A stretch of DNA of 64,000 bases from Nanobdellota archaeon (GTDB lineage: Archaea > Nanobdellota > Nanobdellia > Woesearchaeales > GW2011-AR4). The notes under the pieces were generated by a model, which saw only the letters and a list, made by a program, of their open reading frames with translations, was not told the DNA's origin and did no database searches. The stretch lies in contig JBBSWH010000009.1 of assembly GCA_038046385.1 (NCBI GenBank), positions 1 through 64,000 of the forward strand, in the 5' to 3' direction. This document shows positions 18,502-28,444 of the stretch, in pieces. Made by a program: the position numbers and the translations under genes. Within the stretch, counting starts at the first letter, position 1. Each line of letters opens with the position of its first letter.

Positions 18502-18585
18502 TCCGTACAGCCTGGCTATTATCACCGCCTCCAGTTAATTTTTAGGCGTCAGCGGTTAATCGGGGTTCAAATCCTCGCGTCCCCA
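18473..18585 (+). tRNA. trnW: tRNA-Trp(CCA) with two introns (15/16: 18488-18510; 37/38: 18535-18550)
   Basis: Acceptor GGGGACG/CGTCCCC+A; anticodon stem ACCGC/GCGGT with loop CT-CCA-G|A; T arm CGGGG-TTCAAAT-CCTCG; BHB-like motifs at both introns; CCA end not encoded. Confidence 0.88.
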
Positions 18586-18623
18586 CTTTATTTTAAATTA
18601 AATAATAAGAAAAAAAATAAAAT

Positions 18624-21017
18624 CTAATAATAACTTTCCCCAACTTCGCTGTCAGGAATCTCGTCGCTGAAGCTGCCCGATTCAGAGCTTGAAGCACTCC
18701 TTACACCAAAAATAATTCCTGCTGCGCCAAGTATTACCACAAGCACAATCAGCATCGTTTTCAATGTATCCTTGAAAGGGAAAGGGAATACAGATGAGCT
18801 TCCGAGCACATTCAAGTCAAGGGCAACTTTTCCAAGCACCTTGTCAGAGCTTTTCACGGTTGCAATCATATCCTGCTTTCCTGCATTTTCCGAAGATGCG
18901 TAGACTGTTATAGTCTTTGATTCCTGTGATTTTAGTATGAACACATTAGAGTCGCTTAATCTTGCATCTGCATCAGCGTCAAGCAATAAAGTGTAAGTGT
19001 TCGCTTCTGTTCCCTGGTTTTCGAATGTTATCGGATATGCCGCTTCCTTGCCAATATTTGCGCTTTGGCTTGTAACAGGCACTTTGATTACTAACCTATC
19101 TTTTGGAGCGACATTTACCTGGCTCTCAACAATATTCACTGGAACTTCCTTTGATTCTGAATCTGTTCCAAACTGCGAGAATATTTCTACCCTTACAGTA
19201 TAAGCTCCGCTTGGAGTATTCTCCGGAATCTTCAATACAGCCTCTTCCATCGATTCTGAAAAGCTTTTGATATTGCTTATCTGCTTTGTTGAAGCTATCT
19301 CAAGTTCCGGAATGCTAACTCTCATCTTCAGAATTTCTGAAGGAGATACTCCTATGTTCCTAAAACCAACATCAACTACAAGATTCTTTCCTGCGCCGGC
19401 ATTGTCTTCAGGGTTAAGCAGTATTTTTGTGATTACAAACGGGAAATTAGTTCTGCTAACTCTTAGCAAGTATTCTTTTTCTGCAAAATTTCCGTCTTCA
19501 TCCCTTATCTTTATTTTTAATCTTAAGTTGCCGTTTTCTATTTTCCATATTAAAGGGAAGTTAAGCTTCTTTGAAGTGTCCCTGTCCTTTAGCAAGTCGA
19601 ATTTTGAGGTTATATCAGATACAACATCTCCATTCTCAAATACAAGAGTTCCTTCGACAACAGCATCATTCATGTTTTCAAGGGCCGTAAACTTGATTTT
19701 TACATCAAGCTCTTCGTCGTTCTGCGCCAAAGTTATGAAATTGCTCTCATCTTCTATAACAATAATGCTTTCAACTTCAACACCGTCAAATCCTGCATCA
19801 AGGCCTCCGTTTAGTGAGTTGCCGCTTTCCATGACAAGCCCATATGATTTTTCAACAATGCCCTCTTCGGTGTCTGTTATTTTTACAGTAAGCTCAAGAA
19901 GATTGCTGTTCTTTAATGAGTCTATGAGCTGCAAGTTTAGTGTTCTTGAAGAGCTTGCTACTGCATTCAAATCAAAGTTTGCAGTTGAATCTGCAACAAC
20001 AACGCCTGTTGCAACATCTCTTAAAACAGCTTCAACTCTTGCATCATCAAGATCTCCAAGTGCTGTAAAATCAATCACTGCATTGAAATCGTCATTCTCT
20101 TCTATGAAATTTGTGTTTGAAGATGCAACAATCTTATTGTTTACACGAACCCTGTCTATTGATGCATCAAGGCTGTTCATTCCAGTTTTCTGCCTTGTCC
20201 TTAATCCGTAACTCTTTTGCTCTGAACGCCCTATTGCGTCAGATATCTTGACAGTTACATCATAATCATCATCTCTTGTCATTCCGTCAACTAAATTCAA
20301 AAGCATTGCAACGTTCATGCTCTGGTTTTTTGCCAGGTCAAGATTGCTGACTGCATTTGAAACAGTATTTCCTGTTCTTCTTGACCTTAAGTTAGCTTCT
20401 ACAATTGCGTTTTCCAAAGTATCGACTGCTGTAAAATCAATTGATATTGTGAAATTGTTCGCATCATCTACGAGGGTTGTTCTCGATTGGGCAAGCACAT
20501 TAGTATTTGCTGCAACTCTGTCTATTGATACATCAAAAGGAGTTTTTATGTTTGCAAGCGTTTTCTGCACCGCAGGAACATTCCCGAATGTAACAGAATA
20601 TAATTTTTGTTTTAGCACAACATTAGGATAAATCACATTAATCTGAAGATTATAGTTTGAATTATTTGCAAGATTTCCAAGGCTCATATTCAAAGGAACA
20701 TTAGTTTTCTGCATTACTGTTGAGCTGAATGTATCACTAGTCTTTGAAACAGTAAAACCCGTCTTTACATCAGTAAACACAGCCTGCACTCTAATATTAT
20801 TTGTAAATTCCTTGAATGAAGTCAGGTCTATTCCAATTAAAAAAGAGTTTGATATCGGAATGAGGTTTATTCTGTTTTCAGCCACGTCATTGCCGTTTAT
20901 CCTTACTCTGTCAATTGAAGCGTCAGGAGAAACTGGAACTGCAGCTATGGCAAATGCACTAGCCAGAACTGAAAATACAGCCAAAAATACTAACATTCCT
21001 ATTTTTTTGTTTATCAT
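18624..21017 (-). CDS. Secreted, C-terminally anchored surface protein with repeated Ig-like domains (putative S-layer-associated)
   Basis: Signal peptide; about four repeats beginning D(A/V)SIDRV; CARDB-like C-terminal domains; TM plus acidic tail. Confidence 0.8.
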   Translation of the reverse strand: MINKKIGMLVFLAVFSVLASAFAIAAVPVSPDASIDRVRINGNDVAENRINLIPISNSFLIGIDLTSFKEFTNNIRVQAVFTDVKTGFTVSKTSDTFSSTVMQKTNVPLNMSLGNLANNSNYNLQINVIYPNVVLKQKLYSVTFGNVPAVQKTLANIKTPFDVSIDRVAANTNVLAQSRTTLVDDANNFTISIDFTAVDTLENAIVEANLRSRRTGNTVSNAVSNLDLAKNQSMNVAMLLNLVDGMTRDDDYDVTVKISDAIGRSEQKSYGLRTRQKTGMNSLDASIDRVRVNNKIVASSNTNFIEENDDFNAVIDFTALGDLDDARVEAVLRDVATGVVVADSTANFDLNAVASSSRTLNLQLIDSLKNSNLLELTVKITDTEEGIVEKSYGLVMESGNSLNGGLDAGFDGVEVESIIVIEDESNFITLAQNDEELDVKIKFTALENMNDAVVEGTLVFENGDVVSDITSKFDLLKDRDTSKKLNFPLIWKIENGNLRLKIKIRDEDGNFAEKEYLLRVSRTNFPFVITKILLNPEDNAGAGKNLVVDVGFRNIGVSPSEILKMRVSIPELEIASTKQISNIKSFSESMEEAVLKIPENTPSGAYTVRVEIFSQFGTDSESKEVPVNIVESQVNVAPKDRLVIKVPVTSQSANIGKEAAYPITFENQGTEANTYTLLLDADADARLSDSNVFILKSQESKTITVYASSENAGKQDMIATVKSSDKVLGKVALDLNVLGSSSVFPFPFKDTLKTMLIVLVVILGAAGIIFGVRSASSSESGSFSDEIPDSEVGESYY

Positions 21018-21208
21018 AAAACCCCCACGTTTTATCTCTTTTTGTTATTGTACAGTAAGTACAATTTAAGGTATAAATTGGAGGTTATATATAAATCTTT
21101 CGCTATTTGCCAGTAACAACAAAATTATACTATACACTACACTATATATAATATCTATGTAATAGGCATACTATAGGTTATTTAAATATAGGCAAACCCC
21201 CCCAATAC

Positions 21209-22300
21209 ATGGTATTAATAGTTGGTGCAGGACCTGCAGGTAGCTATCTTGGCTATTTATTGGCCAAAAACGGCCAGAACGTTACTATATTAGAAGATCA
21301 TGATACTATAGGCAAGCCAGTGCAATGCACAGGGATAGTTACCCATTCTATAGAAAATTTCTTCAAACTGAAAAATGAAGTGATTGCCAAAAGGCTGAAC
21401 AAAGTAATTGTTGCAGGGAAAAACAGCAGGATTGAAGTTAATGTTGATGAGATTGTAATGTGGCGTGACAAGTTTGATCAGTTTGTTGCGCAAATGGCAC
21501 AAGATGCAGGCGCAAAAATACTGCTTAATCACCAGTTTACTGGATTTAATGGCAAAAATACAATAAAAGCAAAGGACAAGAAAAACAACAGGACAAAAGA
21601 AATCAAAACTGACATTATAATAGGTGCTGACGGACCATACTCAAAGGTTGCTAGAGAAGCCGGAATCCTGCAAAATGACAGGAACTACATCGGAATGCAG
21701 GCCAAAGTCAAACTGAAAATGGATACAAATTCTTTTGAGACGCATTTTGGCGAAGATTTTCCAAATTTCTTTGGATGGGTTGTGCCGGAATCTGAGGACA
21801 CTGCAAGAATCGGGATAGGGTGCTTTGAAAACGCACAGCACTATTTCTACAAGTTTCTAAAAAAAATCACAGGAACTGATAAAATAATTTGCTGGGAGTC
21901 CGGATTAATTCCGTTGTATAATCCAAAGCGCACAATACAGAAAGATAATACCTATCTTATCGGAGATGCAGCGACGCAGGTAAAGGCGACAACAGGCGGG
22001 GGGATAATCCCCTCATTAAAAGCTGCACATACCCTGTGCGATTGCATAATAAACAAAAAAAATTACCAGAAGGAATTCAGAAGAAAATCAGGAAGAGAGC
22101 TGCTTTTGCATCTCAAGATAAGGAACATTCTTAACAAGTTCACGGACGCTGATTATGACAGGCTCATAAGCATGATGAATCAGGATAAAGTAAGAAAACT
22201 GCTGAAAAAATACGACAGGGATACTCCGATTCCCTTGGTTACAAATTTATTGCTGAAGGAGCCAAGATTCCTTTATTTTTCAAAAGTTATGTTCAGATAG
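21209..22300 (+). CDS. Geranylgeranyl reductase family FAD oxidoreductase
   Basis: VGAGPAG, PVQCTG, GADG, FGWVVP, GDAA...TGGGI. Confidence 0.88.
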   Translation: MVLIVGAGPAGSYLGYLLAKNGQNVTILEDHDTIGKPVQCTGIVTHSIENFFKLKNEVIAKRLNKVIVAGKNSRIEVNVDEIVMWRDKFDQFVAQMAQDAGAKILLNHQFTGFNGKNTIKAKDKKNNRTKEIKTDIIIGADGPYSKVAREAGILQNDRNYIGMQAKVKLKMDTNSFETHFGEDFPNFFGWVVPESEDTARIGIGCFENAQHYFYKFLKKITGTDKIICWESGLIPLYNPKRTIQKDNTYLIGDAATQVKATTGGGIIPSLKAAHTLCDCIINKKNYQKEFRRKSGRELLLHLKIRNILNKFTDADYDRLISMMNQDKVRKLLKKYDRDTPIPLVTNLLLKEPRFLYFSKVMFR

Positions 22301-22365
22301 CAAAATAACAAAAGCTTTTTAAAACATCAAAATTTCATCATTTTGATTATACTAGGGGTAAATTC

Positions 22366-25300
22366 ATGAATGAAAAAGAAGACGACATAGAAATAGACTT
22401 TGGGAAGATAAAGAATTTCTTCAAATCAAAGGAGAAAAATGAAGAAAGAAAATCTGAAACTGTAGCTATTGAGAAAATAAGCGACAGAGAGACAATAATA
22501 GACATCAAAAAGGATGACGACGAAATAAAGATAGATTTGAAAAAAAATCAGGACAGAGACATAAAAATTGATGTAAAAGACGATAACGACGAAATCAACA
22601 TAGACTTCAGCAAGATAAAAAAAATATTCAAAAGTGATGATTCTGGGCACAAAACAGAAAAACACCATTCAAAAGACGATGATGAAATATCCATTGACTT
22701 TGGCAAAATAAAGAATTTCTTCAAGCCTGAAACAGGCACGGATAAGATGCCCCATGATGATATTAATATTGACTGGGGCAAATTTGCAGCGTTCTTCAGA
22801 AAATATGGAGTTATATTTCTCGCATTAATACCAATAATTCTTTCAATATACATCAGGATGCAAGCAGGATACTTGCCGATTACTGATGAATGGGCTGCGA
22901 ACAGCGTGATAAGCAGCATAAGATCTCAGGTTAAATCCGGCATTGACCAGCAGTATCCAAATCTGCCGGATGCCAATAAAAATTCTTTGATAGATGTGCA
23001 GATGCAAAAGACTATAAGCCAAAACAAGGCGCAGATAGACCAGCAGGTTGCGGCAACATCACAATACTTCAAGGATTTCTTCCAGGACCCTGACGGCAAA
23101 AATTACATGCCGGACATAGACCCATATTATTGGTTTAGGTATGCTAAAAATATAGTTGAGCACGGGTACCCTGGCGATGAAATAAGGAACGGCATCCAAT
23201 ATGACAAACTTCAGCTCGCGCCAATGGGGAGGCCAATATATGGGGACTTATTTCACTCTTACTCTTTAGCTTATTTTTATAAAACTATACACTTGATTAT
23301 ACCAAGCATGACCATTATGAGGTCAACATTTTATCTTCCGGTTTTGGTGGCTTCTTTATGCGTACTGCTAGTATTTCTCATTGCAAGAAATATAGCTGGA
23401 AATCTTGGCGGTTTTTTTGCAGCCACTATAATGGCAGTCAACACTTCCTTTCTTGGAAGAACATTGTTTGGTCATGCAGATAATGATATATGGGTTATTT
23501 TTTTCCCTCTTATAATCACTTGGATGTTCCTTTTAACAGAAGAATCAGAAAGTACACTCAAAACGTCTGTTTATGCTTCAATCGCAGGATTTTTTACTGC
23601 TGTTTATGTAACTGCATGGAGCGGATGGTGGCACATATTTGATTTCCTTCTGGTAGCACTTTCAATGACATTCGCATATATCCTTATAGGAAAAATAATG
23701 AAACACGGAATTAAATTAAAAATTATTTTTTCAGATATTCAAATTCGCCATTACATAATAATTTTTGTGGCATATGTTGCAGCTACCGCAATCTTTACTA
23801 CATTATTCCTAAGCTGGGCAGAGTTTTCAAACAGTTTTCTTGGCCCATTGAGTTTTAATACAATAAAGTCACCAGTTACAAAATACCTTTGGCCCAATGT
23901 TCTTACAACAGTTGCAGAGCTAAATGAAGGCTCGATAAACGGCATAGTTAATTCTGTGGGAGGCCCTTTTTTCCTATTCATTAGCCTTTTGGGGTTAATT
24001 TTATCCGTATCGAGAGAAGGCGGCTTAAAAAGATTTGATTTTATCTACATCGTATGTTCAGCTTTATATTATGCAGCTCTATTCATAAAAATAGGAGGTT
24101 CAGCAATATACCAGCAAATTCCTGTAATTACCCTGATAATAATGATAATGATTCCTCTGCTATTTTTAATATTAATAAGCCTGTACAGGAGAGACGAATC
24201 CTACGATTTTAAGCTTTCATTGTTATTGTCACTGTGGATAGTGTCTACAATATTCGCAAGCATCAAGGGAGTACGATTTACCATACTCCTCGCTCCACCA
24301 TTCAGCGTATCATTTGGAATTGCTCTGGCAAAGATATACAACATTGTTTCAAGATGGTCAATAAAAGGATTAAAAATACACAAATATATAGCAAATACAA
24401 TAATAATACTCTCATTGCTGTTTATCTTTTATGCAGACCCTATAAACGGCGCAATTAATGCAGCAAGTTCAGATCTCCCTCTTATAAATGACGCATGGTA
24501 TAATACTTTGACATTTATAAAAGACAATTCAACTGAAACTGCAATAATAACTTCGTGGTGGGACTTTGGCCACCATTTCAAGGCTATTGCAGAAAGGCCG
24601 GTCACGTTTGACGGCACAACACAGACAGATCAGGCAGCTCATTGGGTTGGGAGGATGTTCATGACAGATAATGAGGCAGAGGCAGTTGGAATATTAAGAA
24701 TGCTTGACTGCAGCCACAGTAAAGCTTTCAACACATTAATGGAATTGACCAATAAAGACTCCCACAAATCATTGAAAATTGTCAGGGAAATAATACTTCT
24801 CGATAAGGAAAAAGCAAGAAAAAAACTAAAAGAGTATAATATATCTGCAGAGAAGATTGATGAAATAATTCCGTATACTCACTGCAATCCTCCGGAAGGA
24901 TATGCAATTGCATCAGAAGACATGATAGGAAAAAGCGGAGTCTGGTCACACTTTGGAAGCTGGAATTTTGAAAGAGCAGACATATGGTACAATGCAAGAA
25001 ACCTTCCTCAAGAAGAAGCTGTAAAGTTCATGGCAGATCATTTTGGATATACAAAAGAAAAAGCTGAAAATATTTATTATGAAGTGCAGTCAATAACCAG
25101 CGACAGCGAAGCAAATTCATGGGTGGCCCCATGGCCTGGATACGGCGGGACAATAAGCTGCAGCAAGAAGGCAGAAGGATATTTCCTATGCGATAACGGA
25201 CTTATGGTCAACATGAGTACTTATGATATTTTTGCAACCTCAAAAGACGGCATAACAAGGCCTAAATCAGTTGCATTTGTGACTGAAAAGGGGATGATGA

Positions 25301-25623
25301 GGAAAAACAACAATGGCACAACAATTGACGTTGGAGTTACAATAATTCCAAGAGGCGACAATGAGCTTGAAGGGGTTTTGTCAAGCAAAGAACTTACCGG
25401 AAGCATGTTCACAAGAATGTTTTACACAAACGGCCATGGATTAAAATACTTTAAGCTAGTTGACCATCAGCGCGGCCTGACGGGAACAGACATCTACACT
25501 TACAAGGTTGATTGGGAAGGAAAAGAAACAACAATAGTGCCTGATTTTGCACCAAAGCCAAAAACAGAGGACAAAGAAGAATCCAACCAAGCCACATCAG
25601 ATGCTCCAAAATCAAATTCTTAA
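22366..25623 (+). CDS. aglB: Oligosaccharyltransferase AglB/STT3
   Basis: DIDPYY, GHADND, TVAEL, WWDFG and DMIGK motifs; many TM helices. Confidence 0.95.
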   Translation: MNEKEDDIEIDFGKIKNFFKSKEKNEERKSETVAIEKISDRETIIDIKKDDDEIKIDLKKNQDRDIKIDVKDDNDEINIDFSKIKKIFKSDDSGHKTEKHHSKDDDEISIDFGKIKNFFKPETGTDKMPHDDINIDWGKFAAFFRKYGVIFLALIPIILSIYIRMQAGYLPITDEWAANSVISSIRSQVKSGIDQQYPNLPDANKNSLIDVQMQKTISQNKAQIDQQVAATSQYFKDFFQDPDGKNYMPDIDPYYWFRYAKNIVEHGYPGDEIRNGIQYDKLQLAPMGRPIYGDLFHSYSLAYFYKTIHLIIPSMTIMRSTFYLPVLVASLCVLLVFLIARNIAGNLGGFFAATIMAVNTSFLGRTLFGHADNDIWVIFFPLIITWMFLLTEESESTLKTSVYASIAGFFTAVYVTAWSGWWHIFDFLLVALSMTFAYILIGKIMKHGIKLKIIFSDIQIRHYIIIFVAYVAATAIFTTLFLSWAEFSNSFLGPLSFNTIKSPVTKYLWPNVLTTVAELNEGSINGIVNSVGGPFFLFISLLGLILSVSREGGLKRFDFIYIVCSALYYAALFIKIGGSAIYQQIPVITLIIMIMIPLLFLILISLYRRDESYDFKLSLLLSLWIVSTIFASIKGVRFTILLAPPFSVSFGIALAKIYNIVSRWSIKGLKIHKYIANTIIILSLLFIFYADPINGAINAASSDLPLINDAWYNTLTFIKDNSTETAIITSWWDFGHHFKAIAERPVTFDGTTQTDQAAHWVGRMFMTDNEAEAVGILRMLDCSHSKAFNTLMELTNKDSHKSLKIVREIILLDKEKARKKLKEYNISAEKIDEIIPYTHCNPPEGYAIASEDMIGKSGVWSHFGSWNFERADIWYNARNLPQEEAVKFMADHFGYTKEKAENIYYEVQSITSDSEANSWVAPWPGYGGTISCSKKAEGYFLCDNGLMVNMSTYDIFATSKDGITRPKSVAFVTEKGMMRKNNNGTTIDVGVTIIPRGDNELEGVLSSKELTGSMFTRMFYTNGHGLKYFKLVDHQRGLTGTDIYTYKVDWEGKETTIVPDFAPKPKTEDKEESNQATSDAPKSNS

Positions 25624-26292
25624 ATGGCAGCAAAAAAAATCTGGGCAGTAATACCTGCGTATAATGAAGAGAAAAGCATAAAGAACATAGTTTCAAATAC
25701 GCAAAAATATGTTGATGAAGTTGTTGTTGTTGATGACGGAAGCAGGGATAATACAAAAAAATCAGCAGAAAAATCCGGCGCTGTGGTGCTGAGTCATGTA
25801 ATAAATCTCGGCAAAGGCGCAACATTAAGGACAGGATGCGACTTCGCAGCATCAAAAGGGGCAAAACATATCGTAGTCCTTGATGCAGACGCCCAGCACG
25901 ACCCTGCAGATATTCCAAGATTTACAGAGAAGCTTGGCAAATATGACATTGTTTTCAGCTACAGGAAAAGAAGCAGCCAGATGCCATTTGTGCTAAGATT
26001 CGGCAATTGGTTTATATCGAGAGCAGTATTCTTTTTGTACGGAATAAGCCTGAATGACACGCAATCGGGATACAGGGCATTTTCAACAGAAGCTTATAAA
26101 AAAATAAGATGGAATGCCTCAGATTATTCAATGGAAACAGAGATGATATCCAAGGCAGGAAAGCAAAAATTAAAATATGTGCAGATTCCAATAGGCACAA
26201 TATACTCTGATAAGTATAAAGGAACAACAATAATTGACGGAATCAAGATAGTGCTTAACATGGTTTGGTGGAAAATTTTTAACGGAAGGTAG
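25624..26292 (+). CDS. GT2, polyprenol-phosphate glycosyltransferase (DPM synthase-like)
   Basis: IPAYNE, DDGS, GKG, DADAQH, DTQSGYR. Confidence 0.9.
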   Translation: MAAKKIWAVIPAYNEEKSIKNIVSNTQKYVDEVVVVDDGSRDNTKKSAEKSGAVVLSHVINLGKGATLRTGCDFAASKGAKHIVVLDADAQHDPADIPRFTEKLGKYDIVFSYRKRSSQMPFVLRFGNWFISRAVFFLYGISLNDTQSGYRAFSTEAYKKIRWNASDYSMETEMISKAGKQKLKYVQIPIGTIYSDKYKGTTIIDGIKIVLNMVWWKIFNGR

Positions 26293-26293
26293 A

Positions 26294-26635
26294 ATGGCAA
26301 TCGGAACAACAATCGGGCAGACACTGGGGCTGATGTTTGGAATATTTATGATGTACTACACTTTTCTCAACTACAAAAGAAAGCAGTTTACTGGAAATGA
26401 ATTTGCGTTTTGGACTATATTATGGATAATCTTCATATCTATAGCTATGTTTCCGGCAATGTTGGACCCACTACTCCCATTGACAGGAGCTTTAAGGGCT
26501 CTTGATCTTCTTACAATCGTAGGATTTGCTTTCCTCATGCTTTCAGTCTTTTATAACTATACCCTTACAAGGAGAAACCAGAGGCAGCTTGAGGCTATTG
26601 TAAGCAGCATGGCAACAAACAAAAGAAAGAAATGA
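26294..26635 (+). CDS. DUF2304 family small membrane protein
   Basis: 3 TM helices plus C-terminal helix, directly after a DPM-like GT2. Confidence 0.7.
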   Translation: MAIGTTIGQTLGLMFGIFMMYYTFLNYKRKQFTGNEFAFWTILWIIFISIAMFPAMLDPLLPLTGALRALDLLTIVGFAFLMLSVFYNYTLTRRNQRQLEAIVSSMATNKRKK

Positions 26636-26674
26636 GAGTATAGATTTAAATAAGGATATAGCTAACTTCTGCAT

Positions 26675-27811
26675 ATGGTTTTGGCGATAAAATTTGCTGA
26701 CAAGTATATAGGAGGATTGCTCTGCAAACTGCTGGGCATTTTCAGCAGAAAGAAAGCAATAGTGGAAGCAAAAAAGATACTTGTTATTCAGCTTTGGGGG
26801 ATTGGAGAGACTGTACTTGTACTGCCATCATTAGGAGCCTTAAGAAAAAAATATCCCAAGGCGACAATAGATGTTCTTGCTACAAAAAGGAACAGTGATG
26901 TTTTCTTCAGCAACAAGCATGCTGACAATATACTGACCATAGAAACAGGCCCATTATCACTTCTTAAGTTCATAATAAAAAATTTCAAGAAATATGACCT
27001 TGTGATAGACATGGAAGAGTATCTTAACATATCTGCAATAATATCATTTTTCACAGGAAAAAATTCAATTGGGTATTCCCACGGAGTAAGATCGAAGATG
27101 TACAGTGTAAAAATAAAATATAATGATCAGCAGCACATATCAGAAACTTTCCTGGATTTAATAAGGGCGCTTGATGACCAGCCAAATATCAAAGCGCTTC
27201 CAAACCTGCAATACTCAAAAAAAGACAAGACAAATGCAGATAAATTTCTCGAAAAAAGCGGAATTAAAAAAAATGATTTTGTCGTGTGCGTAGCCCCTGG
27301 GGTTGCAGAGTCAGCAAAATCAAGAATATGGCCGTTTGAAAGATATGCTGAGCTTTGCGACGAGATAATATCAAAACACAATGCAAAAATAATCTTTGTC
27401 GGGACATCAGACGAAACACAGCTGGTTGAAATTATAATAAAAGGCATAGAAAAAAAATCCAGCGCAATAAACTCTGCAGGCAAAATAACACTTAGGGAGC
27501 TTTTTTATCTGATAAAAACATCCAAACTTTTTATAGGAAACGATTCAGGCCCGATGCACATAGCAGCAGCGCAGGGGATAAAAACACTTGGGCTTTTCGG
27601 ACCAAATATACCTCTTAGGTTTGGCCCTGTTGGAGACGGCAACATAGGGCTTTACAAGAGATACAACTGCGAATTCAGCCCGTGCATCAATGTCCATAAA
27701 GGACAAGTCCCAGACTGCATGTATCCAAAGAGCAGCAATGATTATCAGAAATGCATGAAGAACATAAGCGTTAACGATGCGCTGAAAGAAGTTGAGAAAT
27801 TAATAATCTAA
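26675..27811 (+). CDS. GT9 ADP-heptose transferase family
   Basis: GIGE, RIWP, GNDSGPMHIAAA, LFGP. Confidence 0.9.
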   Translation: MVLAIKFADKYIGGLLCKLLGIFSRKKAIVEAKKILVIQLWGIGETVLVLPSLGALRKKYPKATIDVLATKRNSDVFFSNKHADNILTIETGPLSLLKFIIKNFKKYDLVIDMEEYLNISAIISFFTGKNSIGYSHGVRSKMYSVKIKYNDQQHISETFLDLIRALDDQPNIKALPNLQYSKKDKTNADKFLEKSGIKKNDFVVCVAPGVAESAKSRIWPFERYAELCDEIISKHNAKIIFVGTSDETQLVEIIIKGIEKKSSAINSAGKITLRELFYLIKTSKLFIGNDSGPMHIAAAQGIKTLGLFGPNIPLRFGPVGDGNIGLYKRYNCEFSPCINVHKGQVPDCMYPKSSNDYQKCMKNISVNDALKEVEKLII

Positions 27812-27825
27812 TGCTAATAACCTAA

Positions 27826-28404
27826 TTACCAGAATCCTTTTCTTATTTTGACAGCCTCGTCGTCATTCTCATCTGCTGCAACTTTCTTTGAAACAACAAT
27901 GACGGCGTGCCAGAATGGTATATGAATTGAAAGCAGGTTGCGAAAGCCATTTCTCCTGAAAAGCCACCTTACAGAAATTTTTGTAACCGGCCTTGTGTGG
28001 TCAGGAACATTGTAAAATTCTTTTGTAAGATAAGAGCTGATTGTTATTACAATCCCATTTGACAATGATGCCATTCTTTTGATGAATTTTTCCTGGTCAT
28101 CCATATGCTCAAGGATGAAGCTGTTGAAAACAACATCATATTTTCCCTTCATTTTCCACAAATCTTTTATCATGACATTCTTCGCTTTGTATCTTTCATC
28201 AGCGTCAACACCGTAAGCTTTGAATCCCATAGATTCTGCGGTTTTCATGAAATGCCCTGGCCCGCAGGCAACATCAAGAACGGTTTTGCAGTTTTTGCAG
28301 TATTTTCTAAGAAGCCACCTGTAGAACGAATCCCTGACAGAATACTTTATTTTGCTCTTGAAGTTCAGCTTGTTTTTCCACGGATTGCTGTAAAGCCTTG
28401 GCAT
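27826..28404 (-). CDS. Class I SAM methyltransferase
   Basis: VLDVACGPG, ILEH, PDH; ATG 28404. Confidence 0.85.
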   Translation of the reverse strand: MPRLYSNPWKNKLNFKSKIKYSVRDSFYRWLLRKYCKNCKTVLDVACGPGHFMKTAESMGFKAYGVDADERYKAKNVMIKDLWKMKGKYDVVFNSFILEHMDDQEKFIKRMASLSNGIVITISSYLTKEFYNVPDHTRPVTKISVRWLFRRNGFRNLLSIHIPFWHAVIVVSKKVAADENDDEAVKIRKGFW

Positions 28405-28444
28405 AGCCTTCAAGAAAAATTATCAATATATAAATCTTGTTTTG

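Noticed and set aside
19267-20211. 314-aa plus-strand ORF
   Set aside because: Antisense shadow of the surface-protein gene; Ser-rich, no motifs
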